Program-made: the position numbers and the translations under genes
In this document: piece by piece, positions 56,873 through 64,000 of the stretch
Layout of the letters: each line of letters starts with the position of its first letter
Position numbering within the stretch: position 1 is the stretch's first letter
Origin: Treponemataceae bacterium
Lineage (GTDB): Bacteria > Spirochaetota > Spirochaetia > Treponematales > Rectinemataceae
Assembly (NCBI GenBank): GCA_963667725.2
Contig: CAXXHO010000003.1
Span: forward strand, 1,824,001-1,888,000
DNA length: 64,000 nt
Direction of reading: 5' to 3'
The notes under the pieces: generated by a model
Seen by the model: only the letters and a program-made list of their open reading frames with translations
What the model was told of the DNA's origin: nothing
Databases searched by the model: none

Positions 56873-59294
56873 AAACGGCATGAGCCCGGATCAGGTCGAA
56901 CTCGCCGAGCGGTTTTCGGCCATACTGGCTCCGGCGAAGGCCCAGGGCAGGGATTCGCTCACCGAAGTGGAAGGCTTGGCGATGCTGGAGGCGATGGGCG
57001 TGTCGGCCCCGCGTCATCATTTCGTGGCATCGGCGGAGGAGTATGCGGCGCTTGCGGGACTGACCGTCGCCAAAGACGGCGCCGTATCGGGCAACGCGAG
57101 ATCGGGCGAGGGCCGCCATCTTTTCCCGGGACGGCGCGCCGTGGTGAAAGTGATCAGCCCGCAGATCCTGCACAAAACGGAAATGGGCGGCGTCGCCATC
57201 GTCGCCAACGAGACTCAAGCCATTCTCGACGCCATAAGGCAGATGGAAGCCCGATTCGTCATGTTCCATGTCGATGGATATACCGTCAACGAATTCGTGC
57301 AGTTCGAGCCGAGGTTAGGGCACGAGATCATCTTCGGCTATCGTTTCGCCGCCGACTTCGGTCCCGTCGTCAGCTTCGGGCCCGGCGGCATCTATGCCGA
57401 GTTCCTGGCCGAAAAATTCAAACCGGGATCAGCCAACGTCTGCTTCTCGCCGAGAACCGCGACGCGAGAACTCGTCGGAGAAACGCTGGCGCACAACGTT
57501 GTCTATGGCATCGTTAGCGCGGGCTTGCGCAACACCGAAGCATCCATTCCCGGAGAAGCGCTCATCGATGCGCTCATGAACTTTATCTCCGTCTCCGAGG
57601 CTCTCGCGGCAAGCGGCGTTTCCGAGTTCGAAGTGAATCCCATGGTTATCCGCAAGGTCCCAAGCGCAGGCTCGACCGCCGGGGTTTCGGCGGCCAGGCC
57701 CACCTCGCCGACCTCACCCCCCTCGACTCTCGTCGCTCTCGACTGTCTCGTCAAGCTTAAGGATTTTTCGTCGATCGGCCTTTCTCCCGCGGCCGACGGC
57801 AAGCCCCACAACGCCGCCCAGGACACTCGTCCCGTCGAGAACATAGGCCGTATCCTCGAGCCGGAAAGCGCCGCGATAATCGGCGTCTCGGAAAAAGGAA
57901 TGAACAACGGCCGCATAATCCTGCGGAATCTTCTTGAAAACGGTTTCGATCCAAAACGCATCTACATAGTAAAGCCCGGAGCCGAGAGCATAGACGGCTG
58001 CCGCTGCGTTCCCGATGTCGCCCATCTTCCCGAAAAGGTCGATCTATTCGTCCTCGTCATCCCGGCCGCGGGCACGCCCGAGACTCTCGCCCAGATCGCG
58101 TTGAGCGACAAAGCATGGTCCGTCATCGTGATTCCCGGCGGCCTCGAGGAAAAGTCGGGCTCGGACGCTATCGTGAAAGAAATGCGGAAGACTTTCGACG
58201 AAGCGCGGGCTCGCGGCGCTGGTCCCCTCATAAATGGCGGCAACTGCCTCGGCATCAGGTCGGTATCGGGAAAATACAACACGCTTTTCATACCCGAGCA
58301 CAAGCTTCCGATGCCCAAGGGCGCGGTCGCCCCGCTCGCAGTCATTTCGCAGTCCGGCGCTTTCTCCATCACCAGAATTTCGAAACACCCCGACATCAAT
58401 CCCAAGTACGTGATCACGCTCGGCAACCAGATGGACCTCACCATAGGCGACTATCTCGAATATATGAGCGACAACCCCGACATAAGGGTCTTCGCCGTCT
58501 ATGTCGAGGGCTTCAAGGCCCTCGACGGTCTCAAGACCCTGAACGCCGCGAAAGCCATTGTCGAATCTGGCCGGACGGTGATCTTCTATAGGGCGGGAAG
58601 GACGAGCGCCGGGGCCGGCGCGGCGGCCAGCCACACGGCGAGCATCGCGGGCGATTATCCCGTCACGCGGGAACTCTTCGCCCAGGCAGGTGCCATCGTC
58701 TGCCAAAGCCTTGACGAGTTCGACGACGCGATCACCGTCTTCACCCTCCTCGAAGGCAGGAAGGCGAAGGGGAACAGGCTGGGAGCCGTGTCCAACGCCG
58801 GATTCGAATGCGTAGCGATAGCCGACAATCTTGGCGGGATGAAGCTGGCGAAATTCTCGAACGCGACGAACGCGGTTTTGGCGAAGGTTCTGGATGACGC
58901 GGGCATTACGGAAATCGTGGATGTGCATAATCCTCTCGACATAACGCCCATGGGAAGCGATGACGCTTACGATCGCTCCTTCAGGGCCGTGCTGGCCGAC
59001 GAGAACACCGATCTCGGCATCGTCGGCATCGTGCCTTTTACCGTGCGCATGAATTCTCTCGCCGCCGAGCCTTCCGTCCATGGCGAAGACGTGAGGAAGG
59101 CCGATTCCATCGCCAATCGCTACGGCTCGCTGATGTCGGAGACGAAAAAGCCCTTCGTGACCGTCGTCGACACGGGACCGCTCTACGATCCGCTCTGCAG
59201 GCTGCTCGAGAAATACGGCGTCGTTGTCTTCAGGACGGCGGACAGGGCTCTCAAAATGCTTGAGCTGTGGAGGACTTCTCCCGCGGCGAGATGA
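56847..59294 (+). CDS. ADP-forming acyl-CoA synthetase (acetate-CoA ligase family), beta-alpha fusion
   Basis: N-terminal ATP-grasp (KVISPQILHKTEMGGV, FGPVVSFG, EVNP); CoA-binding GGNCLG; SQSG; phospho-His ASHT; NPLD. Start could be 56880. Confidence 0.88.
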   Translation: MVKHNSSIENGMSPDQVELAERFSAILAPAKAQGRDSLTEVEGLAMLEAMGVSAPRHHFVASAEEYAALAGLTVAKDGAVSGNARSGEGRHLFPGRRAVVKVISPQILHKTEMGGVAIVANETQAILDAIRQMEARFVMFHVDGYTVNEFVQFEPRLGHEIIFGYRFAADFGPVVSFGPGGIYAEFLAEKFKPGSANVCFSPRTATRELVGETLAHNVVYGIVSAGLRNTEASIPGEALIDALMNFISVSEALAASGVSEFEVNPMVIRKVPSAGSTAGVSAARPTSPTSPPSTLVALDCLVKLKDFSSIGLSPAADGKPHNAAQDTRPVENIGRILEPESAAIIGVSEKGMNNGRIILRNLLENGFDPKRIYIVKPGAESIDGCRCVPDVAHLPEKVDLFVLVIPAAGTPETLAQIALSDKAWSVIVIPGGLEEKSGSDAIVKEMRKTFDEARARGAGPLINGGNCLGIRSVSGKYNTLFIPEHKLPMPKGAVAPLAVISQSGAFSITRISKHPDINPKYVITLGNQMDLTIGDYLEYMSDNPDIRVFAVYVEGFKALDGLKTLNAAKAIVESGRTVIFYRAGRTSAGAGAAASHTASIAGDYPVTRELFAQAGAIVCQSLDEFDDAITVFTLLEGRKAKGNRLGAVSNAGFECVAIADNLGGMKLAKFSNATNAVLAKVLDDAGITEIVDVHNPLDITPMGSDDAYDRSFRAVLADENTDLGIVGIVPFTVRMNSLAAEPSVHGEDVRKADSIANRYGSLMSETKKPFVTVVDTGPLYDPLCRLLEKYGVVVFRTADRALKMLELWRTSPAAR

Positions 59295-59317
59295 GTTCCG
59301 CCCGCCGAGCCGCAAAG

Positions 59318-61180
59318 TCAGTTTCGGGGAACGACCGCGACGCCGATGGCGCCGAGCCAAGCGATCGATGAGAGCAGCGGCCCCATGTCCGACACGAAAA
59401 TCTCGGCTTTGGCGCTTGCCTGAGACTTGCAGAGGTAGGCCAGTTTTTCGGCCTCCTCCTTCGCCGCCACATGTACGATATGGATGGACCAGGCCGCGTC
59501 CGACGAAATCTGTCGGCGGATTCTGGAGAACAGCGCCGAAACGGCGTTTTTCTCGCCTACATAGAGCCCTTTCGTCACCGCTTTTCCCTTCGTATCCGTT
59601 CCCAGCAGGGGTTTCAGGCCGAATTTCCTCAAGACGAGGCTTTTGATTCCATGCAGCCGTCCCGAACGGATGAGGCTCGAGAGGTCCCGCACGGCCACGA
59701 AGAGGGCGAGTTCCTCGCGTTTCTTCTCGAGTTCGACCCGAATTTCCTCTGCCGAAGCCCCCAATTCCGCCCGCTCTACCGCCAAGGCAGTCAGGACTCC
59801 GGCTCCGGCGGTGATCGTCTTCGAATCGACGCAGCGAACTTTGCCGCCAAAGCTTTCCGCGGCTTTTTCTCCCGCCTGGAAGGTGCCGGAAAGGGCCGAG
59901 GTAAGGCCGATATAGAGCGCTTCGTCAGCCTGGGAAAGCGCGAGGGTAAAAGCTCGGACAAAGGCGGATTCCACCGGCTGGCTTGTCGACATCGAGAAGC
60001 CGGGATCATCGGTCATCCTCGAATGGATGCTCTCCAGCTCCATGGCCGCGCCGTCAGGCCTCGTGATTCCGCCAATCGTGATCAGGGCGGGCACTTTGAT
60101 GATTCCATGCTCGAGCATGTAGTCGGCCGGCAGATCGCAGCCCGTGTCCACGACGATGGCGCATGGCCTTTTAGCCGCTCTCGCGGAGCGGACGACAAGC
60201 CTGCGCTGGAGTTCCATATCGTCCACTTTATGCTGTTCCACCCTGCCCGCCGACTCGAGCAGGTCGAATACGGCCGAGGGTCTGTCGCTATGCACGTGAA
60301 CCCTGGCCATTTCCTCGTCGCCCGCGACGACAATGCTGTTTCCCAGACCGGAAAGCCTCTCTCGGATCGACTCAAGGGGGACGGAAACATCGCGCAGCAA
60401 GGCCTCAGTGCAGTATCGAGGTCCTTCGGGGTCGCCCGAATCATCGATGCCGCCCGCGTTCACGGAAAACGCTGCTTCGGCGGGGATTTCGGCCTGAAGG
60501 CCGGCCTGCGTTCGGCTCGCGCGGCCCGGCCTGCCCAGAACTGCTCGCGATCGCGGCCTCATGCCGGGTTTCAGCAGTTCGGCCACGCCGTCGAGCAGGT
60601 GGATGAAGCCCTTGGCTCCGGCGTCCACGACGCCGGCCCTGCGCATTTCGGGCAGGAAGCCGCGCGTCCGCTCGAGAGAAGCTTTCGCCGCGTCGAGGCT
60701 TGAGTGGAAAACCTGGAAAATATCGTCGCAATGAGTCGCCGAATCGTGGAGGGCCTGGGCCCAATCGTGGAGCACGGTGAGGATCGTTCCTTCGCGGGGG
60801 CTGGTAAGGGCGGCTCTGGTCTTCTCGGCCGCGATGACGGCGCCCTGGGCCAATCGCTTGGCCCCGATCCTGGCTTCCGAACCCAGTTCGTGGGCAAGGC
60901 TCTGAAGAAACTGCGCCAGGATGGCGCCTGAATTTCCCCTGGCTCCCTCGAGGGCCGAACGCGCGGCCTGCCTGAGTACGCTGCCCGCGTCCCTGTGAAG
61001 CGCCGATCTCAGGGAAGCGGCGATCGAACGCATGGTGCTGGCCATGTTGGTGCCCGTGTCTCCGTCGGGCACGGGGAATACATTGATCGCGTTGAGGTTT
61101 TCGGCGTTGGATATTATGGACTGCGACCCCGCCAGGAAAGCCGTGCGCAGCCTGGCTCCGTCAATATAAGCTATTTTCAT
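59318..61180 (-). CDS. DAK2 (FakA-like) + DegV (FakB-like) fusion, fatty acid kinase
   Basis: NVFPVPDGDTGTNM, GARGNSG, EGTILTV, VVDAG, YCTE..HVH; then DTGCDL, TSQP, LSGT, SGRL. Confidence 0.9.
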   Translation of the reverse strand: MKIAYIDGARLRTAFLAGSQSIISNAENLNAINVFPVPDGDTGTNMASTMRSIAASLRSALHRDAGSVLRQAARSALEGARGNSGAILAQFLQSLAHELGSEARIGAKRLAQGAVIAAEKTRAALTSPREGTILTVLHDWAQALHDSATHCDDIFQVFHSSLDAAKASLERTRGFLPEMRRAGVVDAGAKGFIHLLDGVAELLKPGMRPRSRAVLGRPGRASRTQAGLQAEIPAEAAFSVNAGGIDDSGDPEGPRYCTEALLRDVSVPLESIRERLSGLGNSIVVAGDEEMARVHVHSDRPSAVFDLLESAGRVEQHKVDDMELQRRLVVRSARAAKRPCAIVVDTGCDLPADYMLEHGIIKVPALITIGGITRPDGAAMELESIHSRMTDDPGFSMSTSQPVESAFVRAFTLALSQADEALYIGLTSALSGTFQAGEKAAESFGGKVRCVDSKTITAGAGVLTALAVERAELGASAEEIRVELEKKREELALFVAVRDLSSLIRSGRLHGIKSLVLRKFGLKPLLGTDTKGKAVTKGLYVGEKNAVSALFSRIRRQISSDAAWSIHIVHVAAKEEAEKLAYLCKSQASAKAEIFVSDMGPLLSSIAWLGAIGVAVVPRN

Positions 61181-61237
61181 CTCACTTATACATTATTGCA
61201 ATTTTTGTCAAAGAGCAAGACGGGGCGGGAACCAGGC

Positions 61238-61891
61238 TCAACGCCTGCGGCGCAGAAACTTCAGCTTGTCGAAGGATTTTTCTTTCCCTTTCAGAATGCG
61301 TCCGATGTTCGCCCTGTGGGTAAAGACGACAAAGGCGGCCAGGATGACCGAAAAACCCAGAAACCATGGGGAGGGAGGAGATCCCGCCGCGCCCAGGGCC
61401 ACAGCCGCGGGCAGGATGAGGGCGGCGGCGAGGGAGCTGGCCGAAACGATGCCAGTCGCGCCCAGGACGAGGAGAAAGCCGGCCGCCGAATACAGCGCCG
61501 CGCCCGGGGCGATGGCGAGGATGGCGCCCGCGCCCGTCGCCACGCCCTTACCGCCCCTGAATCCCGCGAATACCGGGTATACGTGACCCAGGATGGCAAA
61601 GAGGGCGCCGGCGATTTTTAAAGCTATCAAAGGGATGAGAGAGTCGCTTGAAGCCGAGCCCAGCGCCGAGCAGAGGGCGACAGCCAGGGCGCCCTTGGCC
61701 AGGTCCACGGCGCTGACCGCTATGCCCGCCGCCGCGCCGAACTGCCTGAAAATATTGGTGGCCCCGGTGGCGCCGCTTCCGCCATCCCTCGGATCTTTAT
61801 GGAAGAACAGCTTTCCGACGATGACGCCCGTCGGGAAAGATCCGAGGAGATAGGCGGACAGAAGTCCCAGGGCGAGCTTCACGATACTCAT
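61238..61891 (-). CDS. plsY: Glycerol-3-phosphate acyltransferase PlsY
   Basis: YLLGSFP, GSGATGATN..R, D..KG, GHVYP...FRGGKGVAT, HRANI.R; start MSIVKL. Confidence 0.93.
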   Translation of the reverse strand: MSIVKLALGLLSAYLLGSFPTGVIVGKLFFHKDPRDGGSGATGATNIFRQFGAAAGIAVSAVDLAKGALAVALCSALGSASSDSLIPLIALKIAGALFAILGHVYPVFAGFRGGKGVATGAGAILAIAPGAALYSAAGFLLVLGATGIVSASSLAAALILPAAVALGAAGSPPSPWFLGFSVILAAFVVFTHRANIGRILKGKEKSFDKLKFLRRRR

Positions 61892-62027
61892 AACGGTACG
61901 ATAAGAGTTTTCATGCGGGAAAACAAGATTGAGCGGACGACAAAAAAAGAGCGGCCCTATGCGCGGCCGCCCTTTTCCGTGAACCGGAATCCTGTCGTTT
62001 TCGACCGATTCCTGCTTTCCCAGAAAT

Positions 62028-63545
62028 TTATTTTTTATAGATGAGATTGTCAGCCGTAATGGTGCCGAGATGCTGGGCATACTTCTGGAAAACCTCGGCG
62101 TCGGAGGGGAAATCGTTCTGCGCCTTGCCGATCAGCATGCGGTAATCGTCTCCGCCGTTGAACTCGAAATTCAGCGTCGCGAAGAGGTAGTCCTTATTCG
62201 GGTCTACGGGCTGGCCGCCGACGAGGATATTGGAAATTCTCTCTCCCGCGGGTTTGGTCACGTCGAGCGTGTAGCTCCAGCCTGCCAGGTGAGGGAAACG
62301 TCCGTCGGGAGCCGGCAGCTTGCCGACGCCGTTTTCGAGGACGGCTTTGAGCTCGGAACCCTTGAGTTTTCCGGTCTGGATATAGTTACCGAAGGGCATG
62401 ACGGTGTAGATCTGTTTCAGGGTGATGTCGCCGGCGGGAATGGAATCGCGGATGCCGCCGCCGTTCATGAGGGCGATATCGGCGCCCGTCACATAGAGTA
62501 TTCCGTTGGCGATGAGGGTGCCGAGGTTGGACTGCTGGGTGCGGACGATCTCGCGTTTGCCTTCGAGCGCCACGGTGGTCTTTCCGACGACCTGCAGAAG
62601 CACGGAATCCTGAGCCTTGGCCAGGGAGGTGACCATGGCGCCGATCTGCGCGTCGCCCTTCAGCTCGGGCGAATTCGCGACGGTGATGGTCCGGGCGGTC
62701 TTGGACTGCACCGCGCCGTCGACGACGACAAGCTCCACGACGCCGAGGCCGGTGCCGTAAGAACCGGTGCTGGCGATGAGGGTTTCGGTCGTGTTTTCTT
62801 TCTGAAGCGTCTCGAGGGTGGTGTGGCTGTGGCCGTCGATGATGACATCGATGGCGGGGATGGCTTCGGCGATCTGCAGGGAAGTCGGATCCGAGGATTT
62901 GTCGGTGCCGATATGGGAGACGAGGACGAGGACATCATACTGTCCCGAGAGCTCGATGGCCACGTTCGACGCTTCAACGATGGGATCGGTGAAGGTCACG
63001 CCCACCGTGTTCTTCGGGTCGGCCTTATAGACGGTCTCGGGAGTGGCGAGGCCAAAAAAAGCGATCCGGACACCCTGGACGTTCTCGATGATGTAGGGAG
63101 TGAAGGCCCTTTTGCCGTCTTTCCAGACGTTGGCCGCGAGAATATCGAATGCCGCCTTTTTCTCAAGCTGCAGCAGGCGGTCGAAACCATAATTGTAATC
63201 GTGGTTTCCGGTGGTCATGCAGAAATAGCCGATGGCGTTCATGAGTTTCACGACGCTCTCGCCCTGGTCGATATTGGCGATGGGCAACCCATGGAAGGTG
63301 TCGCCGGCATCGATGAGGAAGGTGTTCGGGTTCTTGGCTTTGGCCGCCTGGTAAGCTGCCGCGATCCTGGAATAACCCAGTTCGGCCTTGCCCTCGACGA
63401 TGCGGGCATGCATGTCGTTGGTATGCATAAGCGTGATTTTCACTTCCTGCGGAACCTGATCGGAGACGACGGGAGCGGTTGCTATGAATGCCATCGTGAA
63501 CATGATAGCAAGCGAAAGCGCGATGCCGGCGATTTTTTTCATCAT
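62028..63545 (-). CDS. 5'-nucleotidase / UDP-sugar hydrolase family
   Basis: HTNDMH, DAGD, GNHD, GHSH, NGGGIR, PFGN. Confidence 0.92.
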   Translation of the reverse strand: MMKKIAGIALSLAIMFTMAFIATAPVVSDQVPQEVKITLMHTNDMHARIVEGKAELGYSRIAAAYQAAKAKNPNTFLIDAGDTFHGLPIANIDQGESVVKLMNAIGYFCMTTGNHDYNYGFDRLLQLEKKAAFDILAANVWKDGKRAFTPYIIENVQGVRIAFFGLATPETVYKADPKNTVGVTFTDPIVEASNVAIELSGQYDVLVLVSHIGTDKSSDPTSLQIAEAIPAIDVIIDGHSHTTLETLQKENTTETLIASTGSYGTGLGVVELVVVDGAVQSKTARTITVANSPELKGDAQIGAMVTSLAKAQDSVLLQVVGKTTVALEGKREIVRTQQSNLGTLIANGILYVTGADIALMNGGGIRDSIPAGDITLKQIYTVMPFGNYIQTGKLKGSELKAVLENGVGKLPAPDGRFPHLAGWSYTLDVTKPAGERISNILVGGQPVDPNKDYLFATLNFEFNGGDDYRMLIGKAQNDFPSDAEVFQKYAQHLGTITADNLIYKK

Positions 63546-63687
63546 CAGACCTCCTTGATAATGGGCTCGAATAATCGAACACAGGGCAAATTATATTCTC
63601 GTTTCATCCATCTAACAAGAAGAATCGCATGGCAATGGAAAGCTTGCTCTCTTTTCCAATGGGTACGATGCATATTATGATTCGCTC

Positions 63688-64000
63688 ATGCATTCATCAG
63701 CTCGCCCGGGTCGCGGCCTGGAGCTTTCTCGCGCGATTTCCGGACTCAAGGGGCTTTTTTCCCTCCTGCTTCTCCTCGCCCTGACAGCCCCACTGGCTCT
63801 GGCCCAGGCGGGACAGGATTCGGCCCAGGATTTCCTTATCGGAGGGCAGGCAGGGCTCTATCGCGGGACATTCAATCGGAATAAGGCGGAAACCCGCATA
63901 GTCTGGGACGAAGACTCGGTGAACTCCATCATTCCCTCCGAAGGTGGCTGGTATTTTATCGGTTCGAAGGGAATTACCTACAGCGCCGACCTGCGCGCCT
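63688..64000 (+). CDS. Exported protein, 5' part only (runs off the window)
   Basis: Open frame from ATG 63688: ...LFSLLLLLALTAPLALAQAGQDSAQDFLIGGQAGLYRG...GWYFIGSKGITYSADLR (signal peptide, beta-rich). Confidence 0.55.
   Translation, partial: MHSSARPGRGLELSRAISGLKGLFSLLLLLALTAPLALAQAGQDSAQDFLIGGQAGLYRGTFNRNKAETRIVWDEDSVNSIIPSEGGWYFIGSKGITYSADLRA

Noticed and set aside
62070..63680. 536-aa plus-strand ORF
   Set aside because: Shadow of the 5'-nucleotidase.
1..64000. CRISPR arrays, IS elements, prophage, rRNA
   Set aside because: No regularly spaced repeats and no transposase, integrase, phage structural or rRNA signatures seen by eye.

Overview
This is a gene-dense, GC-rich (roughly 60% by eye) bacterial chromosomal window. 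The gene repertoire suggests a free-living anaerobic spirochaete (inference). It contains about 53 CDS and one tRNA-Leu(CAG); I saw no CRISPR array, IS element, integrase or prophage. In order: a sensor-kinase fragment; uxaE divergent from a LarA-family epimerase; a LolD/FtsX x2/LolA-like/outer-membrane-protein operon with a two-component pair; a UbiD-UbiA-UbiX (late futalosine menaquinone-type) operon with a NitT/TauT-type importer; an AfuABC-like importer; hsp20 behind a sigma-54 promoter; Fe-S genes behind a Crp/Fnr-type box; a three-gene glycan operon; a CstA/ArsA/DUF59 cluster; two unannotated small ORFs; lipid and sugar housekeeping genes; glnA-iorAB-acd; and plsY with a fakA-fakB fusion. 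The best candidate for an undescribed system is the translationally coupled operon at 25868-34214. It joins (i) an ODP-type di-iron O2/Fe sensor fused to a degenerate GGDEF and an Asp->Glu receiver, (ii) a HEAT-repeat protein with a Cys-rich insert fused to a processive GT2 synthase, and (iii) a membrane-anchored two-domain clan GH-A hydrolase. Together these suggest a putative oxygen/iron-gated polysaccharide synthesis system. All family assignments come from motif recognition by eye, not from database searches.
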